DNA from: Stegostoma tigrinum
Lineage: Eukaryota
NCBI RefSeq assembly: GCF_030684315.1
Contig: NC_081379.1
Location: 9,136,294 to 9,200,293, forward strand
Direction of reading: 5' to 3'
DNA: 64,000 bases
A program made the translations under genes and the position numbers. The notes below the pieces were generated by a model. It saw only the letters and a list, made by a program, of their open reading frames with translations, was not told the DNA's origin and did not search any database. Of this stretch, positions 22,951-35,959 are shown one piece after another; the stretch's first letter is position 1, and each line of letters starts with the position of its first letter.

Positions 22951-23101
22951 CTAACAGTGTAATCATTTATTCCCTTCTCAACCTGTTGTACTGGGTTCAA
23001 CATTCACACAAGTCTCTTGGTAAATAAGTTTCTTTTAATTTCTTTACTTGATTTCTTGAATATGGTATAAACTACTTTATCTACTTATCTGTGCAGAAGT
23101 G

Positions 23102-23147
23102 AATAAGCACATAGCTGTATTAATAAGCACATAGCTGTATTAATAAG
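23102..23147. repeat. Perfect 20-bp tandem duplication
   Basis: AATAAGCACATAGCTGTATT twice, plus AATAAG. Confidence 0.9.
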
Positions 23148-23190
23148 AAGATCCCATGGTTAAATGATATCAAGACAGTTATTTTGCAGC

Positions 23191-23426
23191 TGTAGGGGCT
23201 GCAATGAGGTCAGTCAGGTGGGCCTCATAGGCTATGAGCTCCCTGATTGGGGCTGTTAATCTGGTCGAATCAAGGAGCCCTGGCTGACAAGATATAAACC
23301 GGAGTGTCAGAGATACTAACACTCTGCGAGTTGACTCTGACAAGGTTGTACTAGGGTCAAGGACTCTCCACATGTAATTAAAGGGTGACCTGGTGACAGG
23401 ATACCACTTTCTGTAGAGTTAAGTCA
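23191..23426 (+). mobile_element. Short solo LTR (probably Gypsy-type)
   Basis: TG..CA ends, GATATAAA box, ATTAAA signal. Homologous copy at 35378-35606. Confidence 0.6.
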
Positions 23427-23959
23427 CTGTCTATTAGCTTCACTTGCTAATGCCAAACCTATTCATAGATCTTAATCACGGGCCTAATAAAATGAAAGCA
23501 ATGTGTGACTCTTCGACGTCAAATGGGTTTCTGAACTATTTCTCAATCTTACTGCGGTCGTGTGTTCCAGGCAAACAGGAAGTGATACCAGCTGCACCAG
23601 CCTGAACTCCGGGTTTCAGAACCTGACTGGAGATGCTGTTGTGCATCTATAAGGTAGAGGGCTCTCAGGGAGCGAGTCACACCACAGATTGGAAGCCTAC
23701 AGTCAGTGCAAACTGATTTTCCATTGTGGATTCTGGTGAGGGTCTCAAGGAAGTGCAGCCAGATTCAAGTTCATGGCACCACTAACAACTCAATTGGACA
23801 GCTGTGGGAACGTTTAGTGAACTAAGTCGCTGGAGTGGGACTCAAACTTGTAACCTTTCTGAAGCAAAACATGTGAGCGACTAAACACTGCACCATCAAG
23901 ATAGGGACAAGGGAAGAGAGGCCAGGGCAGCAGATATCAATCCCCTTCAAGCTGTAAGT

Positions 23960-24815
23960 CCTCTCCACAACCCGTCCCAAGGAAGAACTTCTAGACAATG
24001 CAGATCTGTTATAGAGCCCAGAGTTAGAAGAGGACATTCATCAAATGTGCAGCAACATGCAGAATCCACAAATTTTTGTGCAAACAACCAAAGCCAACAT
24101 CAATATTCATTGCGTACAAGTTCCGACAAAGACCATCCGTAAAATGAAAGAACAGAACCACATCCCCTGTTCATTGCTATTGATGAATTTCCCCACAAGC
24201 AACTTATCAAAACTTCCCAAAAACTGAACTGGGCTGATTAAATACTGTGGCTACTCAGACAGTTCAGCAGCTGGGAATTCTCTGATGAACAACTCATCTC
24301 CTGTCTCTCCAATGCCTGCCCACTATTAAGTTCGCAACATGATGGAATACTGTCCCATTGTCTGGAGGAGTGCATTTCCAACAAGACTCAAAACCTTGGC
24401 ACCACCCACAACAAAATGGCCTGCTTGACCAGCACTCCTTCCCACAAGCTTGAACATTCCCTCCCTCCAGCACTGGTAAACAGTAGCAGCAGTACATACC
24501 ATTGACCAGATCAGCTACACTAACTCACCAATGGCTCCTTTGACAGCACCTTCCAAATCCATGGCCTCCAGCACATGGAAGGACGAGGGCAGCAGATATG
24601 TGGGAAGTTCCATTCCAAATAACACAACATTCTGACCTGGAATGAGACTGTCATTGCTTCACTGCAACCTGGGCAGAATGCTATGGGTATGACATACCAT
24701 CAAGGATTGCAATAGCTTAAGCATAGCAACTTATCATCATCTTCTGAAGAGAAATTAACGATGGGCATTAAATTTGGTTCAGTTGGTGAAGTTCACATTC
24801 CAAGAGCATATAAAG
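23960..24815 (+). mobile_element. Degenerate CR1-group LINE 3' part
   Basis: Ends with the same body and tail as 1-215 (AATTAACGATGGGCATTAAAT). Confidence 0.55.
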
Positions 24816-24884
24816 AATTCCTTACATAATTAACTTCTCAGATTTTTAGAGCAACTCATCCTGTTGCAGTTACGCATAATCTGA

Positions 24885-25000
24885 GAAAGGATCACCCGGA
24901 CACAAAACATTAACTCTACTCTTCCCCATGGATGCTACCAGGCCTGCTCAGCTTCTCCAGCAATTGCTATTTTTGTTTCAGCTTTCCAGCATCCATCATT
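24885..25000 (+). mobile_element. Degenerate PLE family B pLTR
   Basis: ATTAACTCT..GGATGCTACCAGGCCTGCTCAGCTTCTCCAGC..TTTCCAGCATC. Confidence 0.65.
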
Positions 25001-25019
25001 ATTTCTTTTATAGCAGTAC

Positions 25020-25257
25020 CCATCAATCTGCTACATCCACGAATTTCAGAAACAACTTTTTCCAACACTGAAACTGTCGAACTTTGCGCCAAATGATATT
25101 CTGCACAAATTTCCCTTTTCTCTGCCAGGTCGTTTGAATCTTCTGTGTGCAGAGATGGAATTGCTGTGTGAATTCCAATATCATTTGCCCTTGCTCTATC
25201 TCTAACCCAGGTTGCATCTTCCATTCTGACATTATTATTACAGGACAAATTGAAATT
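25020..25257 (-). other. Candidate exon (238 nt, open), unidentified gene
   Basis: ctgtttctacttactccag|AAT TTC..ATG G|gtactg, inside ORF 24967..25332. Confidence 0.3.
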
Positions 25258-25954
25258 CTGGAGTAAGTAGAAACAGATTTTTTTTTTCAATTGTGCATGA
25301 CTCAACATCAGGGAATCAAAACCAGCCACCATGCATTTTCATGTGCTCCTCTTTATAATAAATGTGTTCATAAAGTACATCTCTACTCTGTACCCCAGTC
25401 GTGTAGACAAAAAATCATGAGGCATGCCACAGCTTTTTGATCAGTATCTCCCACAATAAAGGTTACACAGAAATGTTAGTAAAAAAAAACATATCTCATA
25501 CATTTTAGAATATATCTGTTTCTGCAAATGACGGTGGACCTCTGGTGAACTGTGGCTTTCTATTTCCATTGACTTTGTTTTCTGTGTTTCACGCTTAAAT
25601 AACACAAAGGTCCACGTTCATAGTTAATGGATTTGACAAAGTCCCAACTGTGAGAGTGCCTTTCACCTGAGTTACTTCAACATCCTCTCCAACTGCTTCA
25701 CTGATAATGGTGCTCAGATGGCCCGCTATCTGCTCAGGGCAACAGCTTCACTCATTAAACCTTCACTCATCAGAACAATGTTTGACTGATACACAGCACT
25801 GACAGGACACTGCCACTTCCATAGGTTCTGTTTTCAAAAAGAGAGAGATGCTAAACTCAGATTCCATCTGCTTTCACAGGTGGTGATAAAAATTCTGTCA
25901 CACAATTGCAAACAGGAGCGAGTTACTGCTCCTGGTGGACAGGGCCTTTGACTG

Positions 25955-26042
25955 TGATAACAAAATGTGGGGCTGGATGAGCACAGCAGGCCAAGCAGCA
26001 TCTTAGGAGCACAAAAGCTGACGTTTCAGGCCTAGACCCTTC
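25955..26042 (-). mobile_element. PLE family A pLTR fragment
   Basis: GATAACAAAATGTGGGGCTGGATG..AAGCTGACGTTTCAGGCCTAGACCCT. Confidence 0.85.
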
Positions 26043-26049
26043 TTGCCTG

Positions 26050-27540
26050 ATCCATTTCCCACATTAATTGTCTCAACCCTTTTCCTCTCAATCACAATAG
26101 CGGTAGGATACCATTGGTCCTCACTCACAATCTCACTAGCATCCACGTGCAAAGGATCATGAGCTGGCATTTCCAGCACATCAGCCTAATGCTATCAATA
26201 GACTCACATTCCTCTCCTTTTTTTCCCCCTTTATTCATTCATTGGATGAGGGCGTTGCAGTCCAGGCAGCATTTATAGTCCATCCCTAATTGCCCAGAAG
26301 GCAGTTAAGAGTCAAGCACATAGCTATGGGTCTCGACTCATATGTATTTCTGACCGGGTAAGGATGGCAGTTTCTTTCCCTAAAATGGATTAGTGAACCA
26401 GACGGATCTTTCCAACAATCAACAATGGATTCATGGTCATCATCAGATTCTTAATTCCAGATACTTTATTGAATTTAAATTCCACCATCTGCCGTTGGCA
26501 GGATTCGAACGCATGTCCCCAGGCTTTATTTGGTCTCTGGATTAACAGTCCAGCAAAAATACGAGGCCATCGCCTCCCCTTGTCAGCCTTCATAGGGACC
26601 ATTCCCTCCAGGACACCTTGATTTACTTTTCCTCAACTCCTACACCCCCATGGCAACTCCCATTCAGTTGCCGAAGTTGGAACATATGTCCATTTAGCTC
26701 CACCCTCTTCACTATCCAGGGTCCCAGACACACTTTCCAGGTGAAGCAACAATTTTTCCTCACTCGGCTCAACCTGGCCTACTGTACTCACTGACCACAA
26801 CACAGCCTCCTCTGAAGTGGGGGCAGGAAACGCAGACTGGGCGACTGCTTTGCAAAACACCTACGTTGTGTCTGTAAAAATGACCTTGAGCTTCCAGTTG
26901 CCTGCCACTTCAACACACCGCCATGTTTCCATACCAACATTTCAATCTCATGGAATCATAGAGATCCATGGCAAACATCACCATTAAGTATGACATCCCA
27001 TCCGTGATGGTCAATAACAACTGCCTAACTATTCTAATCTCTGCGTCTCCTGCAGTACTCTGTGAAGCTCAGCAAAAGCTGGGAGAACAGCATCACATTT
27101 TCTGTCTGGGGACCTCGCAACCTTCAGACTCAATCTCGAGTTCAATAACTTTGGAGCCTGAACACCATCTTCCATGTCTTTTACCTACCCTCACACCCAA
27201 GGTCTTTTCATGATATAAGTTGTGTTCAGCACAATCAACCCAATTTCACCCACTCATAGTACCGATTATCAGCAATATGACTTATTTTCTTCCCTGGGAT
27301 ATTATAAACAATCCCTCTGCTCCTCTCTCCCTCTTTCTGGCTCTGGCTCGATGTATCCACTCTTTTCATTCTCTCAAGAAAACCATTTTTTCCTAGATGC
27401 CATTGGTTCTGAAGAAGGGTCATAGGAATCAAAGTGATAATTTTGTTTCTTCTCTCTCCACGGATGCTGACAGGCCTGCCGAGTTTCTTCAGTAATTTCT
27501 GCTTTTGTTTCAGGTTTCCAGCATCTGCAGTTCTTTGTTT
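26050..27540 (+). mobile_element. Degenerate PLE family B (GIY-YIG region plus pLTR)
   Basis: Decayed RIPLVLTH, RRLGDCFAKHL and EQHHIFCLGTSQP similarity to the 20390 ORF. Ends in the family B pLTR (27405-27540). Confidence 0.8.
26225..26577 (-). mobile_element. tRNA-derived SINE with CR1-group tail
   Basis: Full-length reverse copy of the 29973-30330 family, inside the PLE. Confidence 0.85.
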
Positions 27541-28049
27541 CATTCCAGTTTTCCCTGGTGCCAGACAGCATTGATCCTGCAGCCAACATCACTGACTAGT
27601 TAAAAAAGAATCAGATGATCTAGCCACTATCTCTCTGTTATTTGTGGGATCCTGCCGTGTGGTAATTGATTGTTATTCTTCCTTTATAACAGTGACTACA
27701 CTACAAAAACATTCCCCTGACTGTGACACATTTTGGGAAGTCAGGAAAGATTCCACATAAACATAAGGTTTGACTTTTCAATACAGTGTGTCGAACATCT
27801 TTTTTAGTTTTACTTCTTGTATGGGAACTGCATGTCATTGCTCTTAAATGGACTGGCTCACTGTTAGAGAGCAGTACAGAGTTAATCACATTGTCTGGGA
27901 TGACCAGGCTAGGTAAGGATAGTACAATCTCTTCCATATCAAATTATGCCATCTGATATAGATGCTCGAGACTGTTCTCTAACAGTGAGCCAGTCCGTTT
28001 AAGAGCAGTGACATGCAGTTCCCATACAAGAAGTAAAACTAAAAAAAGA

Positions 28050-28440
28050 GGTTGAGGGGTGACCTTATTGAAGTTTATAAAATCATGAGGGGCATAAATA
28101 AGGTGAATGACAAAGGTCTTTTCCCCAAGGTGGGGTAATTCAAAACCAGGGGGCATATTTTTAAGTTGAAAAGAGAAAGATTTAAAAAAAAGATAGGACG
28201 GGCAACCTTTTTACTCAGAGAGTGGTTTGTGTGTGGAATGAACGGCCACAAAAAGTGTTGGATGCAGCAACAGATACAACATTTAAAAGACTTTTGGATA
28301 AGTTCATGAATAGGAAAAGTTTACAGGGATGTGGGCTCAGTACAGGCAGGTGGGATTAGTTTAGTTTGGGCAAGTGGTTGGTGTGGATTGGTTGGACTAA
28401 AGGGTCTGTTTTCGTGCTATGTGATTCTATGACTCAATGA
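28050..28440 (+). mobile_element. CR1/HER1 LINE 3' end
   Basis: GAGGGGTGACCTTATTGAAGTTTATAAAATCATGAGGGG..GTGTGGAATG..(CTATGACT)n tail. Confidence 0.85.
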
Positions 28441-29629
28441 CTATACGTTACTCCAGTAGCTCTGTACTGGAGTCAGGGGGAAAAAAAAACCATGCTCATT
28501 ATTTAACTCTTTTAGCAAGTGGCACGTGTTTTAGAAAGCATTTTAAGCATTTTATGGTCTTTCCATGATCTAATCCCTCGTCAGTACTCACTGACGTGGT
28601 TTAGACACCACAAACACCTGGGACAATGTAGCACTATCGGATACACAGCGTGTGAGAGCAAGAGTTGACCGTAGCAGAGAAACAAGGTGGAGCCTGGACT
28701 AGAAAGGGAAACAAAAATATCTTGTAAACCTGAAAGGTGAACCTTAGCCTTACATTGGTTTGGCTGTCCCTGTCTCTATGGCCATTTTTGTCCCTAAAAT
28801 CCTCTGAAGTCTTCTAGTTCTGTCCACTTGAGCATCTTTGATCTTAATGGCTTCACTCTTGGTGGTTTATACTAATCAGTTACATCGACCAGCCACAAGT
28901 AGTATTGTGCATTTCTAATGGAGAAAGCACCATAATGCAACAAAATATGTGACAAAGTGTCCTACTAGATTGTGTGATCATCTTTTCTACTGTGATACAA
29001 ATGGTTCTGGCTGATAAATGAAATTGTTTCATCATTTGAAAAGAAATCGGTCCATCTGACTCTTTGCACTTATTACCATGCACTCTAATGTTGTTTTTCC
29101 TCCTCAGAGGGCAGTCTGCTTTTGGACAGCTGTCGCCATTATCAATGCTAACCTGGCTTTGAATTGCTAATGGGTTTCAGCAACGTAGGTGTCCCATTCA
29201 TCTGAGAATGACTGAGTTTCAAGAATCTGTAATAACTGATTGGCTGTCAGATGTGGTTTTTGGTTGTGGCGATGCCTGAAATGAGTGACTTCACTTGTTG
29301 CACAACAGGAAGAGTTTTGTCACTGCAACTATACAAAATGACAAAAATCTACATGGGTTCAGAATGTTTCTTCAATTGGGGGCTCAGTGAAACATCCGAA
29401 AAGAGAGTGTAATCCCATTTTAGGTCAGGCTTTAATGCTGATATACTGCTGTAATCCAAAAAAGGATTAAAGCACCACAATACAGAATTACAAGCACTAG
29501 TTACTGTAGGCAGAATGAAAATAAGGTCTGTATAAATGTTATGAGTTGACAGACAGATGCCTGGGGAATCACAGAGCAAACCAAACAGATAGAGTTAGGC
29601 AGGAATAATGGGCAGGACAAGATGGGATG

Positions 29630-29730
29630 AGCTCTGAGGAAGGGTCATTGGACCGAAAGATTAACTCGGACTTTTTTTCTTCACAGATGCTGCCAGACCT
29701 GCTCAGCTTTTCCAGCAACTTCTGTTTTTG
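29630..29730 (+). mobile_element. PLE family B pLTR
   Basis: CTGAGGAAGGGTCATTGGACCGAAAG..CACAGATGCTGCCAGACCTGCTCAGC. Confidence 0.8.
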
Positions 29731-29972
29731 ATTGTGAGACGATTTACTTTTTTTTGGAGTAGCAAAAGGCTGTAAATTACCTCAGCTACTTTTCTGTTGT
29801 ACTTTTCAACACTTCCCACCTGCCTTCTTTTGTATATCCTCCAGTCAATTTCCTTCATCTCAAAAATATTATTTGTCATTACCAGCTTGCTGATTTTGGG
29901 ATCTTGCTTGCACAGTTTAACTTACCCAATTCTTACTTTGTAGCATTTATTAGATGCCAAAAGCACTCCCTT

Positions 29973-30330
29973 TGAGAGGCGATGGCCTTGTGGTATTGTC
30001 AGTGGGCTGCTAATCTGAAGACCCTGATAGCGTTCTGGGGACTCAGGTTCGCATCCTGCCACGGCATATGGTAGAATTTGAATTCATTAAATATCTAGAA
30101 TTAAGAATCTAATGATGACTGTGAATCCATTGCTGATTGTTGGGGGAAAACCCATCTGGTTCACTAATATCCTTCAGGGAAGGTAACTGCCATGCTTATC
30201 TGGTCTGACCTTCATGTGACTCCAGACTCACAACAATGTGGTTGACTGTTATCTGCCTTCTGGGCAATTAGGGATGGGCAATAAATGCTGCCTGGCCAGT
30301 GATGCCCTCATCCTGTGAATGAATAAAGAA
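29973..30330 (+). mobile_element. Full-length tRNA-derived SINE with CR1-group LINE tail
   Basis: A-box TGGCCTTGTGG, B-box GGTTCGCATCC, core CTGGTTCACTAAT..GTGACTCCAGAC..ATGTGGTTGACT, tail GGGCAATTAGGGATGGGCAATAAATGC. Confidence 0.85.
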
Positions 30331-31028
30331 ATAAAGCACCTTGGGGTGTCATGAATGCAAATCTTTCTTCCAGTATTTACAAATATCTGTAACTGTCTGT
30401 TAATATAGCTCGGCTTCAATGGAAATTTATACACAAAATGTAACATACTTTTAGCTGCCAAAGTAAAGAGCCCTTACTTAGTATATCAATTCCCAATTCT
30501 GCAAAGCCTAACTGGAGGAAATGTGCCTGGGGTTTTGGATTTTGGGTTATGGGGTAAAGTAGGTAAAAATGGAAATTGCAGTGGGCAGACCTGGACAGAG
30601 ATCCAAGGCTGCTGAGTACAGAGCTGGGTGAAATGTCTGCCTCAGAGCATGGTATTTTGCCTAAGTTACAAAAAACAAGAGACCTTCAACCCTCCACTTT
30701 CACAAATGCTCTTCCCCCACTCCCGCGCCCCATGCAGATTCCCTCCCCACCCATGCCAACTCAATGCATTTCTTCAAGCCCCTTACGCATCTTCCATGGC
30801 CTCACATGCTCTAATGCTAACCGAAGTTCCCCTGGCCACCCCAATTATGTCCTATACATTTCACAGCAATCTGTTCTGCTCTAGCAATGACCATTTCCCT
30901 TTACATAATCTCATTGATAATAACCCATTCATTCCAGTTGACCTCCTTTAATTACTCATACGAAACAACATTTGTCTTTGTAGTTCCACTTCAAAGACTC
31001 AATGGTCATTTGGATCTGTCAATCAAAC

Positions 31029-31881
31029 TGTTGTGATGCAAGATGCATACTGATATTGTTGATTTTAAAATCGGAATTTTGAGCTAGTTACTGTGAGTTT
31101 TGCTTTGTATGCACAAGGGCATTTAATGATTAACTTGCTGGTATCTCGGGAGCCATTATTTAAACCAGTATGAAAGAGCTATTACATTGTTAAATGTAAC
31201 TTATTTGCTTTTTGTGATTGGACAGAATAAACACTGAAAAGCATTAATTTGGTTTTGCTTTCGAAGAATGTGAAATTGACTTTGTTTGCAGAGGGGTAAA
31301 TCCATAGCTTGGAAAGCTTCTGCTTTCTGTTTTCCAAAGTCCTGGTGAAAGTTAGAGTGTAATAAACATTTTCTCCTGGAGAAACAAGTTAGTTTAGGAC
31401 AGTTCGGAAATAGGTTACTTCAGAGGAAAGGTTTAGTTGGAATATTCCAGAAAAGAAATGTTTAGGCAGAAGGAGGCATTTGAAGCCATGAAGATTTAAG
31501 CTCAGTTGTGAAACTAATCAAGGCAAAGCTTTTGAAAGAAACAGTTAAATTAAACCTATAGATGTGATACAGAAGAGAACTCTGTCTAATATGTGAGTAC
31601 TAAGAATTAATGGTGTTGGGACAGATTGAATTGTATCTTACCATGTGTTTTTAAAAGTAATGAAATTATGTATAGTTTGGTTTATTCTATTTTATTTTCA
31701 TTTCTTTTGCATAATTAACTTATATTTTACCATTAAAATCAAATCTGTAGCAGTGAGTTTGTGTTTCAGTAAAAATAAAAACAACTTAACCAATGAAAAC
31801 AAACTAAAATTTGATTTGTCAAGGCAGATTTCAATATGGGATCTGACTTTTCCAATAATAGCATCAGTTGGGATCATAACA
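31029..31881 (+). mobile_element. Probable solo LTR
   Basis: Inverted termini TGTTGTGAT..ATCATAACA and a composition distinct from the flanks. No clean TSD. Confidence 0.5.
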
Positions 31882-33436
31882 TTATGAACTGAAAGATACC
31901 CAGTGTAAAATCAAAAGGCTCTGAATCAGTCATGCAGTACTTATCCTGTGTTAACAGACCCAATGAAATAGTTTTTTTTACAAAAAACTCTGCAGAGTTT
32001 TTATCACAAATAGTTAAAAGGGGGATTTAAATAACTTGTCAACTTTCCTATGATCTCTAATGGATCTGACAGTTTCAATGAGTTTATTAACAATTTATGC
32101 ACATTTATATTTAGTTTTACAAATCCCATAGTGCACGTGACCATTCCCGAAGAGAAACTGACCTCTCCCAAACGTGATTCAGGATCACATCCAACAAAGT
32201 ACAAAGAACATGACTCTCTTTAGATCTTCTCCCACTACATCTGAAGGACATAGGTCATGCTTTTGGCACGCCGAGAGAGGAGGTCAGATCTGAAGCAGCT
32301 GCAGTTCTACAGGTGCAGTTGCTCCCGTGAAGTGTAAATGAGACAATTAGAACCCTCCAACAGATCCCACCACCCTCCACAAAAGTGGCGGGAACCAGAC
32401 TGAGGAAAGGATGATGAGATAAGAGTTGCAAACGTACTCCTCTGTATCCATTTTTTTTAAGATACAGAGACTCTCTTTCTGTGCAAAAATTTACACCCAA
32501 CTAACTGACGCGTACAAAATAATGCCTCAAATGTCATTATGGGTTCTGTCTACTGAGTAATGTTATGAAGTAGATAATGTTTGTCTGAGCTATGATGGGT
32601 TAGGGAGCAGCCATATTGGTTTGACCAGTAAAGGAGGTGAATGCAATATTTAAAAACTCTTAATTTAAAAGGGGAATTTAGCCCTCCAGGGCAGACTGGC
32701 TGCCACTTGTGTCTCTCAGTGAAAAGGTCATGGGTTCAAGTCTCACTAAAGACATTTTAACACAATAGAACAGATTCTCACACCTTGCACAGTACTCAAG
32801 GATTCCATTTTATAGCATAACAGGGGATGTCACTGTGAAAGTCAATATTTATCCTTCAACGTATTACTGTTGGTGGGATCTTGCTGTGCAAAGAATGGCT
32901 TCAAGGGTTTCTGACACAAATTCCATCTTTGAAAACATTCCAATGGCTGGAAAGCTCTGTGGGGATGTGGATTGATACTGTTTAAATATTGGTCTGTCTG
33001 CTTTCCAATCATCCTCACCACCATCCCCCTTCTCACCACCATCCCCCTTCTCACCTCCTTTGTAGTCAACAGTGAAAACATTTCCCTTCGTCCCAGACTC
33101 CTGGCTCCATTTGTTGTGGCAGCCTCTGGGATGGTAGGCTAGATCGAACCTGATGGCGGTAGATTCAGCCCATGTTATCTCCTTTACTAAGCCTGTAAGC
33201 ATTCGTATTATCACTCTGAAGGGGTCTGACCCTGATCAGCTTCAAAACTGATGCCAGTCATCCAATGGGCCCTGATATTGGTTTCTCCTTCATGATTCAC
33301 TGCCTGCCTTTCACAGCATGGCTTGGCATCAAGTGCCAACCTTCATGCTAACTAATAAACCACTTCCCCAACCTCCTGAGATCAACTCACCTGAGAGTTA
33401 CACTGGTCAATAGTACCTCTCTAGACTCAGTAGTCA

Positions 33437-33605
33437 CAGGGGCAGTGATGATTCCACAATGGTTAGCAATGTTGCCTCACAGCACCAGGGACCTGGGTTT
33501 GATCCCACCCTCAGGTGACTGCCTGTGTGAAATTTGCACATTCTCCCCATGTCTGTGTGGGCCCTCTGGTTTCCCCCCACCCCGTCCAAAGATGTGCAGG
33601 TTAGG
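33437..33605 (+). mobile_element. HE1-type V-SINE (5' part)
   Basis: tRNA head and V-domain. Confidence 0.8.
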
Positions 33606-33744
33606 TCCCATGATTCAGGACGTCCCAAAGCACCAATTAAATATTTTTGAGATCCAGCCACTATTCTGATGTAGGGCCCCTGGAAGGTAACATCCACAGA
33701 GCAAGATCCAATGGATAATATCCCATTTACCTGTTTTAATCATA

Positions 33745-34025
33745 GAATCCTTACACTGTGGAAGCATGCCATTCAACCCATTGAGTGTACAATGAAGAGC
33801 ATCCCACCCCCTACCCTGTCCCTGTAATTTTGCATTTCCCATGACTAACCCACCTAGCCTGCACATCCCTAGACACTATGGGTAATTTAGCATGGCCAAT
33901 CCACCTAACCTACATGTCGTTGGACTGTGGGAGGAAACCCACATAGATACAGGGAGAGTGTGCAAACTCCACACAGACAGTTGCCCGAGGGTGGAGCTGA
34001 ACTCAGGTCTCTTGAGGCAGCAGTG
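33745..34025 (-). mobile_element. HE1-type V-SINE
   Basis: Reverse V-domain TGCAAACTCCACACAGACAG and head GTGCTAACCACTGAGCCAC. Confidence 0.85.
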
Positions 34026-35282
34026 CTAACCACTGAGCCACTGAGCTGCATCATTGTGAAATAAATATTGGCCAGGACACGAGGAAGAAGACGAGGAACC
34101 CTGACCTCCTTAAGTCGATGACAAGGCTAAATGTAGCTCATGGACCAGCATCTTCCGAGCTTGCTTGACTGACCATCTTTGTCCTCAAGCTCATTTTCCA
34201 TCTTTTGACGAAAAGGAAGTGCACCAGAAGCCAGTTTAAACTGTTACACTGTTTATTGATTCTTACCGCAGGAACACACAATATTGATTTTGCTGTTTAG
34301 AGTACCAATACTGTAATGTACTTTCAAAAGGTCACTTTGACCTTCTGTGGTAATACCAGGACCCTCTGGGTAGGATGATTCTGACTGAAAACCCTTTCAG
34401 CGCAACAGCTTGTTCTGAGTAGGAGTACAAGGATCTCTAGCATTGCCTGAAACTATCAAACAGGCCAATGGTGATGTGTGGCACACTCTAGAACTAGGGT
34501 GATGTGGTGTAGCATATGACTTTCAGAGCTGTCTAACATGGTGAGGGATGCACTTACAAGGTGTGTACTACATACACTGTGTAAAACGTGGTGCTGAAGT
34601 CCACCTCATGCATTGGAGGCCTATAACACCCTCTGCAGAGAAGCTTGCTGTGTGAAGTACAGTAGCCAACACCATGCCCAATTGTTCCAAAGACCATATT
34701 GCACCATCGCAACAATAATTTGCATGTACACAACATTCTTCTCCATTGTAAAACATCCTAAAGGGCTTCACAGGGGCATGAAAGGACAAATTTTGGCATG
34801 GAGCTACATAAGAAGATATCAGTGAGCAAAAGCCTTGTTTAAAAGCTAAGATTTGAGAAACATTTTAAACCAAGAGAGAGAGGGAGCTGTGAACTTAGAG
34901 AGATTTAAGGAGGCCATTCCAGAAGTTATGTCTTTGGCCCTCCAATTGAAGATGCTGTTTGAAGGTAATCAATGCTTGGATATAAATCAGTTATCTCCAG
35001 TGGACTGCCTATGAGGCAGGTATGCATTCCAAAGGGCTGAAGCGACAATCAATGGCTACCATCATTTCGATGGTTCCCATTTCCGTATTGACAATTTGGC
35101 TGTAACTAGAGCTCCGAATACAAGTTTGAATGGCCTTATTATGGAGAGAATATGGAAGCTTAGGATCAGATCCTAAAGATCAGAACCCACAGATAGGAGA
35201 AGAGACTTGAAATACTGGGCGGAATTATCCTGAGAGTTTGGCATTCCAATGTTCAGGATTGGTTGGGGGTCCTTGAGTCCAC

Positions 35283-35870
35283 CAAGCTGAGAGGACTGGA
35301 CAGAGTGAGCATGAGAAAGATGTTCCCACTAGTAGGGGAGACTAGGACCTGAAGGAATAGCCTCAGGGTAAAGGGACTGTCGTGATTGTAATGGGATCAG
35401 TCAGGTGGACCTCATAGAATATGAGTTCCCTGATTGGTGCTTTTAACCTGGTCTAACCAGGGAGCCCTGGCTGACAGATAAAAATTGTTAGACATCCTCA
35501 CCCCCGGGAGCTGCCTCTGATGAGGCTGTAGCAGAGTCAGTGACTTTCCACATGTAAATAAAGGGTCACTTGGTGACAGTATATCAGTCTCCGTGCAGTT
35601 ATTACTGATGACCCTTTAGAACTGAGACAAGAAGGAATTCCTTCGGCCAGAGGGTGGGTGAATCTGTAGAACTCATTGCTTCAGAAAGCTGTGGAGACAA
35701 AGTTATTGAGTCTACTTAAGACAGAGATGGATAGATTCTTGATTAGTAAGAGGGATCAAGGGGAAGAGTGCAGGAGAATGGGGTTCAAAAAAACATCAGC
35801 CATGATTGCATGGTGAAGCATATTTAATGCACTGAATAGCCTAATTCTGTTCTTAGATCTAATGGTCTTG
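35283..35870 (+). mobile_element. CR1 3' end interrupted by a solo LTR
   Basis: GGTAAAGGGAC[LTR]..GACCCTTTAGAACTGAGA..TTCTTCGGCCAGAGGGTGG. Confidence 0.75.
35378..35606 (+). mobile_element. Short solo LTR, same family as 23191-23426
   Basis: Shares CAGGTGGACCTCATAG..GGAGCCCTGGCTGACA..CCACATGTAAATAAAGGGT. Confidence 0.6.
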
Positions 35871-35959
35871 AAAGGATTAGGAATATAGGACAGGAGAGGG
35901 AAAAATCATACCCCATCCACTCTCCCATCCCGCACCGCCCCCCCCCCGCCCACCTTACT

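Larger units (their letters stand above)
25790..27760 (+). mobile_element. Deu-type SINE split into 25790-25945 and 27547-27760 by nested insertions
   Basis: Deu-like GAGATGCTAAACTCAG..CAGGTGG..CCTGGTG on the left. CCCTGGTG..CAACATCACT..TTTGTGGGATCCTGC..CAGTGACTACACT (L2-like tail) on the right. Confidence 0.55.

Noticed and set aside
23102-23147. Direct repeats as a possible CRISPR-like array
   Set aside because: A simple tandem duplication with no spacers, in a vertebrate context.
35535-35560. CTGATGAGG just upstream (35517-35525) in the solo LTR as a possible hammerhead
   Set aside because: No stem II followed by GAAA, and the motif is not conserved in the 23191 copy.
35920-35955. C-run (potential G-quadruplex on the minus strand)
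   Set aside because: A short low-complexity tract between CR1 fragments with no functional context.
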